Shown: in pieces, positions 28,424-38,525 of the stretch | Position numbering within the stretch: position 1 is the first letter of the stretch | Layout of the letters: the number at the start of each line of letters is the position of its first letter | Notes under the pieces: generated by a model | Databases searched by the model: none | What the model was told of the DNA's origin: nothing | Seen by the model: the letters and a program-made list of their open reading frames with translations, nothing else | From: a virus | Lineage: Duplodnaviria; Caudoviricetes | Reading direction: 5' to 3' (one strand) | IMG/VR virus record: IMGVR_UViG_3300037067_013660 | Span: 64,001 to 128,000 of that record | Length of the DNA stretch: 64,000 nt | Translations under genes and position numbers: made by a program

Positions 28424-29916
28424 AAAGATTTGGTTGGAGGTTTTGGTTCAGGTCGTTTTGTTTTATCTGGTCTGTTTTCTCTAGCGTACCGGATCCTAGC
28501 CTTCGCGATCTCGACGTACTCGGGTTCTTGTTCAATGCCGTAGAAATTACGTTTGAGCGTCACGGCTGCGACGCCTGTGGTACCGCTACCACAAAATGGG
28601 TCTAATACGAGGTCGTTGGGTCTGGAACCCAGCGTTACGAGGTAGTGCATGAGCTTGACGGACTTAACGGTCGGATGGGAATTGGCATGGAGGGGCCGCC
28701 CCTCCATGCCATCGACCGTGTGAAGTTTGGGATCTACTTTTGTTGCGGTATTGAAACCGTCGCCGTATACTTCGCGCTTGGCTCGTTTTTGTAAGTCGTC
28801 TAGTCCAGCGTTCTTTTCTCGTCGCGATGGCTTCGCTACATACAGAAATGGGAATGTTGCTTGTGCGGATTCGGGCAAGTCACCGATGCGTTCAGCGAAC
28901 CAAGCGTCTAGGTCGAAGTACCGCGAGACAGAACCATTGTTATTTGCAAACCTTTGCATCGCGGTTTTGTCTGTAACGTCTTTGCCGTTTCCGAAACATC
29001 CACCGAACGACGCCTTACCCCCACCATGAGACTTAGTTGGACCTGCTCCGCGCAAAGCGTCGTCCTGTACCAGTACGTTGGCGTGAACACGACCAGACGG
29101 TTGTACTACCGTGGGTCTATCGGATCCTGCTTTATTCATTCCCCAAACTTGACCAGAAACGTCTGTTTCGCGTTTATTACGATTCATTACACGACCGACT
29201 TGTGTTGCGTCGGCCGATGGGTTTACGGGTATTCTACAATCGTCCAGCCAGGTGCAACCTTTTCTGTTGACCAGCGTCTGATCAATGTAGGTTGTTTCGG
29301 TAATGGGTTTCATCACCACCACAATATTTTCTAGGTTCGGCCGTGGCTGGTAGCCAGCGTAACTACCGTTAAGGCGTTTGGCTTCTTCGGTAGCAGGGGC
29401 AGTAACAAGTCTAGTACCTCTTTTATGTCTAGCACTACGATCTGTTCTTCCTTCACCTGATCGCCACGCATCATAGTTATCGCCGCCGCCAGACGGTACT
29501 TCTGCAACCACCTCTCGTTCCACTCCCGCTCGTTTGTCTAGGTGCTTGCTAATGTTTTTAGCTTTGCCGAATCCTTGAGAATGAATCCAGTAAATAGATG
29601 TATAGCCAATGACAAAACCGGCTTTTTGCAACCGTAGGATCAGCTTCGCCAGACAGTCTTGTCTAGGGGAACACATGATGAACGCGAAGGCGCCGGGCTT
29701 CAGGACGCGCAAACACTCCCGCCAGATCTTTGTGCTGGGAACGTCCACGTCCCACTTGGCCGCCATGAAGCCACCGCTGGCTTTGGTTCTCTTACCCCGT
29801 GGGCTCACGGGTGTCAGGCCGTAGGGCGGATCCGTCACGATGCAGTCAACGGTTTCGTCGGGAAACCGTTTCAGCACGTCCAGGCAGTTGCCTAGTTTGA
29901 CCCGAGCCTTCAGCAT
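28405..29916 (-). CDS. N6-A DNA methyltransferase (beta class)
   Basis: IVTDPPY, HPTVKS, VLDPFCGSGTT. Confidence 0.92.
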   Translation of the reverse strand: MLKARVKLGNCLDVLKRFPDETVDCIVTDPPYGLTPVSPRGKRTKASGGFMAAKWDVDVPSTKIWRECLRVLKPGAFAFIMCSPRQDCLAKLILRLQKAGFVIGYTSIYWIHSQGFGKAKNISKHLDKRAGVEREVVAEVPSGGGDNYDAWRSGEGRTDRSARHKRGTRLVTAPATEEAKRLNGSYAGYQPRPNLENIVVVMKPITETTYIDQTLVNRKGCTWLDDCRIPVNPSADATQVGRVMNRNKRETDVSGQVWGMNKAGSDRPTVVQPSGRVHANVLVQDDALRGAGPTKSHGGGKASFGGCFGNGKDVTDKTAMQRFANNNGSVSRYFDLDAWFAERIGDLPESAQATFPFLYVAKPSRREKNAGLDDLQKRAKREVYGDGFNTATKVDPKLHTVDGMEGRPLHANSHPTVKSVKLMHYLVTLGSRPNDLVLDPFCGSGTTGVAAVTLKRNFYGIEQEPEYVEIAKARIRYARENRPDKTKRPEPKPPTKSLWGPKC

Positions 29917-32900
29917 TGCGTGTATCCACAGGTACGGCAGCACGGACACTTGCCCGGTATGATGACGAGCGTACAGTTACCGCACCCCGGACAATAATCG
30001 TACGGTAGCTTGATGCCGTCTTGCTCTGCCTTTTTGATTTCGGTTTCGATTTCGGTACGGTATTCGTCTACGTCGTGACCGTTGCCAGGATCGCCCTCCA
30101 GCACGTAGCGACTGATTTGATCCAGTTTCGTAACGTCGCCGCCGCAGGTCCGCAACTCGTCGAGCAACTCTTTCATCGGCTGAATACCAAACGGTAGGTT
30201 CGCGACGGGGAAATCGGCTTCAAGGTACCGGTTCAGTATCTTCGCGATGGCGTCAGGCATCGACCGTTTGGCCTCGGGTCCAAACCCTACTTGACCACGG
30301 CCCAAGATGTCGATCAATTGATCGCGGATCAATTCGAGCCGCATCTGCTGATTGATCTTCTGGTCGTTGGGGAACCGTAGGATCATGCTCATGAGGCGAC
30401 CGATTGCTTCGCCGTCGGCCGACGCATCACCCTTACCCGTGATGACGAAGACGTCGATGGGGTCACCAGTTTGTGGATCGTGTCGGATCGTTAGGTGGAT
30501 GGTACCGATGGGCGACTCTTCCGAGAACGTTACGCTCATGCCTGCGTTGGGACGTGGGCGTACGACGGCGGTTTCGGATGACGCTTCAACCACTTGCACG
30601 GGTACGGGCTTGTCGGTGTAGAGGACCTGTACGTCGCGGCTGCTGTCGCGGTAAACGGTTCCGCCCTTACACCCTAGTTCCCACATCAACATGTAGGTAT
30701 AGGCTACGTCCTTGACGGTCGCGTTGGCGGGCAAATTCGCAGTTTTTGATATCGCCGAATCAACCCACCGTTGCATCGCGGCTTGGGTTTTGACGTGGTG
30801 CTCGGGCGTGATGCCCCGCTGTGCCGTCACGACGTACAGAGGCCATTTTTGTGGTTCCGTACCGAACTGTTGGAAGATTTGATCGACGACCCCAGCTTTT
30901 TCTTTCACGATGCCGATGCGTGTCGTGCTGGTATACTGGAGGTCGAAGAACGGTTCGCATCCCGTCGACGTATTCATGATGGCGGCTGTACTTCCAGTCG
31001 GCGCAATGGTGGTGACGGTGACGTTACGGATGCCATGCTTGCGAACCAACGCCCGTACGTCTTTGGGCATCTGCTTCATGAAGCCGCTGTTGAGGAAATG
31101 GTCCACTTGAAACCGTGGGAACGCACCGCGTTCTTTTGCCAACTGGACCGACGCCTTGTACGCCGTCGTCGTGAAGACCCGCATCAACTCGTCGGTAAAC
31201 GCGAGGGCGTCGGCAGATCCGTAGCACAGACCTAACCGCATCAAGGCGTCGCCGTAACCGAGGATCCCGAGTCCTATGCGCCGTTCCGACAACTGTTGCT
31301 TCTTTACGGCGTCGTCGTGGTAGACGTTCAGGTCGTTGACGTTGTCGAGGAACCGGACGCCCATCTGTACGTCAGACTTTAGGGTTTCCCAATCAAACGC
31401 TTGCTTGGCTTGCTCGGTTGTCTGGACGGTGTGGGGCAATGTCGTGGTCGTGACGTAACGCCCGAGGTTCAGGTGTGCTAAATTGCACACTGCGTTGTCC
31501 GGAAGTACCTGTTCGCTGCAGTTCGACAATATGATGCCGTTGCCGATGAACGTACTGGTCGTGGTATTGACGACATCGTACACGTCGGCGTCTCCGGCAA
31601 ATTCGCACGATACCATTTTCGCGGTACCGCCGGCTACCTGTACGATAGATTCTTTCGTCAGGTCTTTAATCGCTACCTTCCCTGTATTCGTCAGTACTCT
31701 GTGGTCGGGTGTGGCTTGTAGCGTGTACGTCTGTCCTTCGGGTTGGTCTGCGCGCAGTACCAACGTTACGGTTGGTTTATGTCCAGTGAAGACGACTCGT
31801 TCTGCTTTATCGGATCGGTGTTGTGGCGAAATTGTGGTCAGTAATTTGTCTGCTCCGTGCTGTCGCGCGTCTACGGCGACCAGACAGTTTTGTTCCCCTG
31901 CCATATCTTTTACGCGGCGGTGGTACAGATTTCCGTCGGGCCGCGCGCACGTCACCATGGTATCGCCCGTAACGCAGGGATTAGTTCCGATCAACGGTGC
32001 GTAGTACCACGAGTTCGACATTTGGTTTGCCCGCTCCATGAAGATGATGCCAGGCTCACCCGCTTCCCACGCGTGCTGGATGATGCGGTTCCACAAATCC
32101 CTGGCTTTGATGGTCCGGTATACTACGATGGGTTTTTTCAATTCGTCGCGCCACTGCCAGATGTTGCCGTTCCACTGGTCGTCGTAACCGGGAGCGTCGG
32201 TGTCGGGGAATACGAGATCCCAGTCAGCGTTTTGCTGCACCGCCCGCATGAAATCTTCGGTCAGCAGGATGCTGACGTTGGCGTTGCACAGCAAATTCTT
32301 GTTCATGCTGAAGGTTTTGCCGTCGGGTAACGGGATTTCTTCCCGCAGCGACTTGACGTCTACCAATTCCAATACGTCTGGGTGCCAGCACCACTGACAG
32401 AGCATCGCGGCGCCGCGCCGGCTTCCACCTTGTTCTACCGCGCCGGTGATTTGGCTAAACTGTTCCGCCCACGAGACGCTACCACTGGACCTGCCGTTGA
32501 CCTTGCGGACGACCGTGCCTTTGGGCCGTAGTACTGATAGCGGCGTACCGACGCCCCCGCCCCGCGAGTACGTTTCGAACAACCGCCCCCAGTGTTCCGT
32601 GATACCGCGACGACTGTCTTGCGTGATGTTGAAGACGTAGCAGTTGAACAGCGTGAGGTCGTAGCCGGGGCGTCCTAACCCCGAGAGGATCCGGCCAGCC
32701 GGTACGAACCGTTCCGCCACCATCGCGGTCTCCACGGCTTCGGCGAATTTCTTGCGGTCCTTTTTCTTCTCCACGGTACTGATGGCCGTGGCGACGCGGC
32801 GGCAAATGTCTGGGTAGGTTTTTTCCGTCACGTAGTCCAAACGGCTACGGGGGATCTTTGGTTCCGTGGTGCCGTCGGTATCGAGCTTGACGTCGTAGGT

Positions 32901-33152
32901 GCCGTCAGGATTTACGCCCTGGATCCATCCGATCTCCCGTGACTCCACGGGGCGGCCGGTGCGATCGAACTTACGCTGTAACGACGCCACCACCATGTCG
33001 TTGATTTGGAGCTGGGCGTCGGGGTTCTTAACGGCATAACGGTCAAGACGGACACGATCTCGATACTCCATGGGGAGGTCCTCGGGCGCGCCTACGGCAC
33101 GAGTTTTAGATTTTGCTACGGCGACGGAACTGTTCCGCCATTGGTTTGACAA
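29910..33152 (-). CDS. nrdJ: Class II (B12-dependent) ribonucleotide reductase with mini-intein, C-terminal TSCPD-like domain and Zn ribbon
   Basis: FVPAGRIL, TLFNCYV, GGSRRGA, TNP|C..|CSEQ, CNLAHLNL, TIAPTGS, AISKT, KGGTVYRD. Confidence 0.93.
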   Translation of the reverse strand: MSNQWRNSSVAVAKSKTRAVGAPEDLPMEYRDRVRLDRYAVKNPDAQLQINDMVVASLQRKFDRTGRPVESREIGWIQGVNPDGTYDVKLDTDGTTEPKIPRSRLDYVTEKTYPDICRRVATAISTVEKKKDRKKFAEAVETAMVAERFVPAGRILSGLGRPGYDLTLFNCYVFNITQDSRRGITEHWGRLFETYSRGGGVGTPLSVLRPKGTVVRKVNGRSSGSVSWAEQFSQITGAVEQGGSRRGAAMLCQWCWHPDVLELVDVKSLREEIPLPDGKTFSMNKNLLCNANVSILLTEDFMRAVQQNADWDLVFPDTDAPGYDDQWNGNIWQWRDELKKPIVVYRTIKARDLWNRIIQHAWEAGEPGIIFMERANQMSNSWYYAPLIGTNPCVTGDTMVTCARPDGNLYHRRVKDMAGEQNCLVAVDARQHGADKLLTTISPQHRSDKAERVVFTGHKPTVTLVLRADQPEGQTYTLQATPDHRVLTNTGKVAIKDLTKESIVQVAGGTAKMVSCEFAGDADVYDVVNTTTSTFIGNGIILSNCSEQVLPDNAVCNLAHLNLGRYVTTTTLPHTVQTTEQAKQAFDWETLKSDVQMGVRFLDNVNDLNVYHDDAVKKQQLSERRIGLGILGYGDALMRLGLCYGSADALAFTDELMRVFTTTAYKASVQLAKERGAFPRFQVDHFLNSGFMKQMPKDVRALVRKHGIRNVTVTTIAPTGSTAAIMNTSTGCEPFFDLQYTSTTRIGIVKEKAGVVDQIFQQFGTEPQKWPLYVVTAQRGITPEHHVKTQAAMQRWVDSAISKTANLPANATVKDVAYTYMLMWELGCKGGTVYRDSSRDVQVLYTDKPVPVQVVEASSETAVVRPRPNAGMSVTFSEESPIGTIHLTIRHDPQTGDPIDVFVITGKGDASADGEAIGRLMSMILRFPNDQKINQQMRLELIRDQLIDILGRGQVGFGPEAKRSMPDAIAKILNRYLEADFPVANLPFGIQPMKELLDELRTCGGDVTKLDQISRYVLEGDPGNGHDVDEYRTEIETEIKKAEQDGIKLPYDYCPGCGNCTLVIIPGKCPCCRTCGYTQC
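31521..31976 (-). mobile_element. Mini-intein (152 aa) in NrdJ
   Basis: IGTNP|CVTGDT...ATPDHRV...DVYDV...FIGNGIILSN|CSEQ. Confidence 0.9.
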
Positions 33153-33179
33153 CCGAAAATTGGCTAGGAAAACAAATCG

Positions 33180-33371
33180 TTATGACGTGGATGTAGGCGG
33201 GGCGAGGGCCTGGCGAGCACCGCAGACCTTGCACTGGAGCATCGGCTGTGGCGCGACGTCCGGGGTGCTGACGCGGTAGGTAACGGGTTGTGTTTCACCA
33301 CCGCATTTTTCGCAGCGGGGCTTATTGGGATCCGTGGTGAATGATCTCCGGTCTTCCATCTTAGCCCTCAC
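33180..33371 (-). CDS. Small zinc-ribbon protein
   Basis: CEKCG...CKVCG. Confidence 0.6.
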   Translation of the reverse strand: MRAKMEDRRSFTTDPNKPRCEKCGGETQPVTYRVSTPDVAPQPMLQCKVCGARQALAPPTSTS

Positions 33372-33822
33372 GTTTCATCTTGAGCATGAGTTTCAATTGA
33401 GCGATCGGTACGATGACTTCCATGGGACCAACGTGACCATCGACGCTACAGAGTGCCTGCAGTACCGCGACGTCGTCGCGCCGCAGCATGTCGTCGACCT
33501 CGACGATCTCGACCTGCTGCGGCACCTTGCCCGTCGCCTCGATGGTGGCGACGCGTTTGTGTGCTGCCGTGGCTTCGACGCGGGCGTCGTCCAGGAGCTT
33601 GCGCGTAGCCGCCAATTCTGCTGATTTGATCTTCAGTGCGGACTCTGCCTGTGCCGCCTTGCCGTTCGCAACGTCGACCTGTCGGTTGAGCTGCGCCACT
33701 TCTTCCGTGACGAACTCGGTTTCCTTCGTCGCGGGAACCAACAGGCCGTTCTTGATGACCTTCGGAGCCGCAACTACACGCGGTACATTTCGGTGATTGA
33801 TCAGGATGGGAGGTTTCGGCAT
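33361..33822 (-). CDS. Hypothetical coiled-coil protein
   Basis: 153-aa ORF within the operon. Confidence 0.6.
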   Translation of the reverse strand: MPKPPILINHRNVPRVVAAPKVIKNGLLVPATKETEFVTEEVAQLNRQVDVANGKAAQAESALKIKSAELAATRKLLDDARVEATAAHKRVATIEATGKVPQQVEIVEVDDMLRRDDVAVLQALCSVDGHVGPMEVIVPIAQLKLMLKMKREG

Positions 33823-33831
33823 GGTGACGTC

Positions 33832-34302
33832 CTACAGGCGCGACATGACGTAGCGTATGACGTTGGCGGCGTCGGCTTCGTGTTCGGTCTTGAGGTGACG
33901 GAGGTCCGGACAGGTCTGCATGTTCAACTTGCCTTTGACCTGCTCGGCGCCATGGTGGTCGCCCGCCCATTTCTTGTGCGTCGCGGCCAAGACCAAGTGG
34001 ACGGGAATTTTCTTGCGACTACACAGTCCGCACACGACCCCGATCATAATGTTGACGAGTTCCATGTTGCCGACGAAGCCGGTGCCTCGGCGCAACTGGT
34101 AGCGTTCGATCCCCACGACGTCCGGGCTGAACCATTTTATGATGCGGGCGACTTGCGAGGTAAATTCGGGTAGGCGAACGACATCATCGATGCCTTCAAT
34201 GACGTCGGTTTCTTCTACGTGGTCGTGGTGCCACACCGCGTAGGCACAGTTGACTTTGCCTGGGTCAAAACCAAGACCACGAAGTTGTTGCGTGCGGCCC
34301 AT
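33832..34302 (-). CDS. ruvC: RuvC-like Holliday junction resolvase
   Basis: GFDPG...AYAV, VGIERY, EHEADAA. Confidence 0.82.
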   Translation of the reverse strand: MGRTQQLRGLGFDPGKVNCAYAVWHHDHVEETDVIEGIDDVVRLPEFTSQVARIIKWFSPDVVGIERYQLRRGTGFVGNMELVNIMIGVVCGLCSRKKIPVHLVLAATHKKWAGDHHGAEQVKGKLNMQTCPDLRHLKTEHEADAANVIRYVMSRL

Positions 34303-34318
34303 GCGGGTTGTTTGACAA

Positions 34319-34807
34319 CTACCGCTTCGGGCGCTTGGAAGTTTTCTTGTCGACCTTTTTGTCTTCCTTGGGCTTGTCCGCTTGGGGTTTGACGGCAGGC
34401 GGGGGCGCCAGATCAAACAGGTCCGCAGGCTTCTCTTCCTTCGCCTTTTTCAACTCAATGACGGCCGCTTCCTTGACCTGGGGCTTTGCCTCGGCCTTGG
34501 GCTTTTCCACCACCTTGGCTTTCGCGGCCTCGGCCTCCAGTACCACGAGCAGACGTTTCGTGTTGGCCAACTCGATCGACAACGCATCCTTCGCTTGCTT
34601 CAGTTGGATATTTTCCTCAACCAAGCGTGACAAGTGGGTCTGTGCCCTTCCCATGTTGCTTTCGAGCGACGTGATCTTTGCCGCAGCGTCATCCAGTTTA
34701 GCTTGAAGTGGATTTCGTGGCGGCGGCTGTAGAGGAACTACTGGTATGTTGCCAGGTGCCGTAGCCGTTACGACGCCGCGACGATTAAGTGTGATGTTCT
34801 TTCCCAT
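34319..34807 (-). CDS. Hypothetical coiled-coil, Lys-rich protein
   Basis: AGGAG ribosome-binding site; heptad pattern. Confidence 0.6.
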   Translation of the reverse strand: MGKNITLNRRGVVTATAPGNIPVVPLQPPPRNPLQAKLDDAAAKITSLESNMGRAQTHLSRLVEENIQLKQAKDALSIELANTKRLLVVLEAEAAKAKVVEKPKAEAKPQVKEAAVIELKKAKEEKPADLFDLAPPPAVKPQADKPKEDKKVDKKTSKRPKR

Positions 34808-34818
34808 GATGCTTCTCC

Positions 34819-35475
34819 TTAGTACGCCGCAATGGTGCTGGCCGCTACTTCGGCCGTTCCCACCACCCACAGTTTATGGCCAGCGTACGCTCTATGTAGT
34901 TCTTGTAGTGCCTCGACGGCGGTTGGTAGGTCAATCGCTACTACCGGCGCCAACACGTTTACGATGTCTACGTTGGGGTGTGCTGCACCGTCTGCGATGT
35001 GTGCAGGATACGTTATCTGAGCCGCTGCGAGCCATACCAACAACGTAGCTAAGTCGGTTGGTACTGCGGCTGCGATTACGGCGCCTGCGGCAGCATTATG
35101 CACAGCTAAACTAAATATATGGGCGTTGATAGCAGTATTGAGTGAGTCTGCGACTTGCATTGCGTGTTCTAGTGCGAGCCCTTGGGCTGCAGGCAGCAGA
35201 TAATCATACGGGTAGTCGCAAACATTTCCCTTGTCTTGGTACAGGTGCGACGCGTTCAGGTCGTACACCCGGATGATGCCGTGCATCATGTACTCGGCGA
35301 TGTTTTGCTTTACCGACTCGTGCCAATCAATTACGTACTGCTTTGGGACTTCGATGTGGGCACCGGGCACCAGCGTGAAGTACATGGGGTAACCGGACGA
35401 CCCACTGAACTTCGTATTGATCACCACCTTGCGTTCGTTGGTGGTGCCGCGCGTGACGTTGCGAAACTGTAGCAT
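34819..35475 (-). CDS. Putative virion protein
   Basis: H..HI...AAH.N.D repeats resemble the insert in the sheath protein. Downstream of a late motif. Confidence 0.5.
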   Translation of the reverse strand: MLQFRNVTRGTTNERKVVINTKFSGSSGYPMYFTLVPGAHIEVPKQYVIDWHESVKQNIAEYMMHGIIRVYDLNASHLYQDKGNVCDYPYDYLLPAAQGLALEHAMQVADSLNTAINAHIFSLAVHNAAAGAVIAAAVPTDLATLLVWLAAAQITYPAHIADGAAHPNVDIVNVLAPVVAIDLPTAVEALQELHRAYAGHKLWVVGTAEVAASTIAAY

Positions 35476-35484
35476 GGTCAACTC

Positions 35485-36420
35485 CTAGAGAGGAAATAGA
35501 ACTTGACTTTCGTACGGGTGGATCAGCCGAGTATCCAGGTCCCACGCAACCAGCAAGTCCTCTGGAGCAAATTCGTTGACGGTGTTGATTTTCCACCGCG
35601 TGTTTTCGTTGACGTGCGCGACCCAGTCTTCCGTCGTGATGGAACGCAACGTGTTGTCGAGCCAGAAGTGCTGTGCCTCCCAGTTGTCCGTGACGCCGAA
35701 TTCTTGCAGCATGTTGGACTTGGCGGTTCTGGGAATATTGGCACGGATGGTACGGTCGACCAACTGGTTGTAGCGAATGAACAGTAGGCCAAAGCGCGGT
35801 GACGTCGCGATGGGCGACGATCGGGAAAAGTCAACGCGGAAATCGATCCACGGGTTGAACAGCCGTTGCGTTATGGCGGCGCTGGAGAACGGCACCCACT
35901 CGGTGTCGCCCGGTGCTTTGACGTACGGTGTGATGGCACTGCCGGGTGGGATCTCCGTCATGGCGAAGACGTGGTCCAGCTCCCCGACGTTCGTGCGGAT
36001 CGGCATGCGCGCCACAACGTAGCCGTCGGTAGCACCAGGGATCAAGACGAAGTGTCGCGGGCGGGTTCTGCGCGTGTAGTCCGCGATGACGTTGTAGCTG
36101 CGGATCGACGGGTGCGTGACGTCGAAGACTTCGGTGTAGGTGCCGTATTTGTCGTAGCCGCCGACGAAGCCGGTGCCGTAGCACGAGCGGCACATCGACG
36201 CAGGCGACGCCTCGATGTCGAAACAGCTACACCTTCGACCACCCCGTATCTTCGCGTAGAAGAACATGGGGATCGAAATGGTTTCGAGCGCGATTTGATT
36301 CTCGACGGCCAACCGGGGTATCAGTTGCTGCACCGCGATGTTGTGGGCGTGGGGCCGCAACACCTCGTGACCAACGGAAACGCGGTCGTCCCGTTTCGGG
36401 CGATAGAATCTCGATCCCAA
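35485..36420 (-). CDS. Putative head-closure/neck protein
   Basis: RCSC...CRSCYGTGFVGGY motif, seen in neck-region genes of large myoviruses. Late motif upstream. Confidence 0.5.
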   Translation of the reverse strand: MGSRFYRPKRDDRVSVGHEVLRPHAHNIAVQQLIPRLAVENQIALETISIPMFFYAKIRGGRRCSCFDIEASPASMCRSCYGTGFVGGYDKYGTYTEVFDVTHPSIRSYNVIADYTRRTRPRHFVLIPGATDGYVVARMPIRTNVGELDHVFAMTEIPPGSAITPYVKAPGDTEWVPFSSAAITQRLFNPWIDFRVDFSRSSPIATSPRFGLLFIRYNQLVDRTIRANIPRTAKSNMLQEFGVTDNWEAQHFWLDNTLRSITTEDWVAHVNENTRWKINTVNEFAPEDLLVAWDLDTRLIHPYESQVLFPL

Positions 36421-36434
36421 GGCACACTACTCCT

Positions 36435-36490
36435 CCTTAAAGATTAACGCTTTTTCTGAAATTACAGATCCGAGGGGTTAATCTTTAGTA
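36435..36490. promoter_or_regulatory. Back-to-back pair of putative late promoters
   Basis: GTTAATCTTTAAGG (minus, 36435-36448) and GTTAATCTTTAGTA (plus, 36477-36490) at the strand switch. Confidence 0.7.
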
Positions 36491-36529
36491 TGGGGTTGAC
36501 TTCGTGTCGCCCCTTCCCGAGAGGCAAAT

Positions 36530-37705
36530 ATGGCAAATCTAGTCCGTGGTACCCAAACCAACTTTTCCGCCGATTTCTTTGATTTCGACGGCGCCCCGAT
36601 GCTACCGGCCGACGCGGAGAACTGGCCCCAAGTGGTGATCCGCGACGGCGCCAACACCGTCATCACGACGGGCGTGGGCCGCATAGTGGCGGCGGGTCAG
36701 TATCAGTTTCCGTGGTTCGTGCCCGTGGCCGCGACGCTCAGCACCGAGGACGCGCCCTGGACCGTCAACTGGACGTTCGTGACGAGCGAGGGCCACACCA
36801 GATCCTACGCCGAATCGTTCGCCGTGGTGGACCGGATTGAATCGACGCCCGACGAACGACAGCAGACCTACATCACGAACGCGGGCGGTACGATCCGCGC
36901 GTTACTCCGTTGGCCCACGCAACTACAGGCCGTCAAGTTGGAGGTCAGGAACTATTCGTCGAGCGGCACGCTGTTGGTGGTGGACGGCGTCGCGACCAAC
37001 GACCTGGAGGCGAGCGCCTGCAACACACAGCGGAAAATCAATCAGGTGGCACAGGACGGCGAGTACGTCTACTACTACGACGTCGGTCCCCTGAGCGTCG
37101 GGGAATATCAGTTCCACTGGATCGTGCAGGAGACGACCGTCTCGCCCATCGACGTCCACGTACAGATTGGGCGTGCCGTATCGAATCTCTTCTGGCACTA
37201 CAACGTGGAACTCAGGACCCTGATCGACAAGCTACAGAAGCACGTCGGTACCGTCCAAGCCTACAGCGATTCCGACATCTACAGCTATATTCTGGGCGGC
37301 CTCGACATGCTGAACTTTACGCCGCCATCCACCAACTGGCTGCTGGCCGATATTCCATTGCAGGGTTCCCGTGGCGTCAGGACCGCGTTGATCTACTGTT
37401 CCGCGATCTATGGGCTGAACGCGCAACAGATCCTTGAGATTGAATTGTCGTTCGACCACGCGGGCCAGACCGTCACGTTGAACTACAACCACGACTACTC
37501 CGGGCCTCTGGGCAACCTGCTGTCCTACTTGGAAAAGTTTACCGAGGCCAAGAAATCGATCTTCCGACTGGCCCAGGGCGTCGCGTTCTCGGGCGGTCGA
37601 GTCAAGAATTATCGTTGGACCAATCGAGTGTTTCGGTTGGACCAGGCGCTGCGTAACGTCTCGCCCCCAGGCGGCGCCGCGCTATGGCAAAATCTGGGGC
37701 TATGA
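36530..37705 (+). CDS. Putative neck/head-tail adaptor protein with Ig-like N-terminal domains
   Basis: Beta-rich N-terminus, helical C-terminus (YSDSDIYSYI...LNFTPP), late motif upstream. Confidence 0.5.
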   Translation: MANLVRGTQTNFSADFFDFDGAPMLPADAENWPQVVIRDGANTVITTGVGRIVAAGQYQFPWFVPVAATLSTEDAPWTVNWTFVTSEGHTRSYAESFAVVDRIESTPDERQQTYITNAGGTIRALLRWPTQLQAVKLEVRNYSSSGTLLVVDGVATNDLEASACNTQRKINQVAQDGEYVYYYDVGPLSVGEYQFHWIVQETTVSPIDVHVQIGRAVSNLFWHYNVELRTLIDKLQKHVGTVQAYSDSDIYSYILGGLDMLNFTPPSTNWLLADIPLQGSRGVRTALIYCSAIYGLNAQQILEIELSFDHAGQTVTLNYNHDYSGPLGNLLSYLEKFTEAKKSIFRLAQGVAFSGGRVKNYRWTNRVFRLDQALRNVSPPGGAALWQNLGL

Positions 37706-37722
37706 CGAGAGGAAGACGGTAA

Positions 37723-38472
37723 ATGCTGAACCTTCGTGATCTAATTCGAGACAACAAGCCGATCTACGTGAAGAACTGTACGGGCAAGTTCCTGGAGAAG
37801 CAGGCGGACCACATCCTAGAGATCCGCCACGAGGGCAAGAAGTCCCAGCAGGTCATCATCCCGGCGACCAAGTTCCCGTTCCACCTGTCCGCCCGAGTGC
37901 CGGCCACTGCGTTGGCCTCGTGCTCGGAACTGTTCGACGCCATCAACCGAGGGATCCTAGAGCTAGTGGATCCCGATGATGCCAAGAACATCATGAAGGA
38001 CCCGCTGGCCCAAAAGGCCGAAGCCCACGCACTTCGTCGTTTCCAGCCAGTGAAGCGTGAGTCTGTGGTGCCACCGGAACTCAAGAAGTTCGGCCACACG
38101 CCCGAGGGTGTTGACAAGGGCATTTCGGAAGTGCCGCCCGACGACGTTAGTTTCCCGCTGCGCGTCGCCGATACCGAAGAGGACGATGTCAAGCCGGCGG
38201 TCGTGCAGATCCTCAAGGACATCAAGACGGATCCGGCGCTGCGCGACGAGAAGTACCTGGAGCTGGTGGCGTTGCCGGATCTGACGGAAGATGACTATGG
38301 GTACGTCCTGGTGAACTGTGACGTCGCGAAGATCAAGCAGTGGGCGCGTGACGAAATGGTCAAGCTGGTTGGAGAGGACCGTGTCGATGAGTTGGAGGCC
38401 GAGCAGGCGGAAGCCGAGGCCACCGGCACCCAGTTGGTGCGGCGGAAGAAGCACCGTCGTCAGCGTCGTTAG
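37723..38472 (+). CDS. Hypothetical protein
   Basis: 249-aa ORF with ribosome-binding site. Confidence 0.7.
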   Translation: MLNLRDLIRDNKPIYVKNCTGKFLEKQADHILEIRHEGKKSQQVIIPATKFPFHLSARVPATALASCSELFDAINRGILELVDPDDAKNIMKDPLAQKAEAHALRRFQPVKRESVVPPELKKFGHTPEGVDKGISEVPPDDVSFPLRVADTEEDDVKPAVVQILKDIKTDPALRDEKYLELVALPDLTEDDYGYVLVNCDVAKIKQWARDEMVKLVGEDRVDELEAEQAEAEATGTQLVRRKKHRRQRR

Positions 38473-38525
38473 TTTTGCGCTGGGCCGTTACGTTTTGGCG
38501 TAACGGCCCCAGCGGGGAGATCCTG

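Noticed and set aside
14491-29916. Restriction-modification systems
   Set aside because: No recognisable cognate restriction endonuclease, so these are treated as orphan modification enzymes, although the hypothetical ORFs are uncharacterised.
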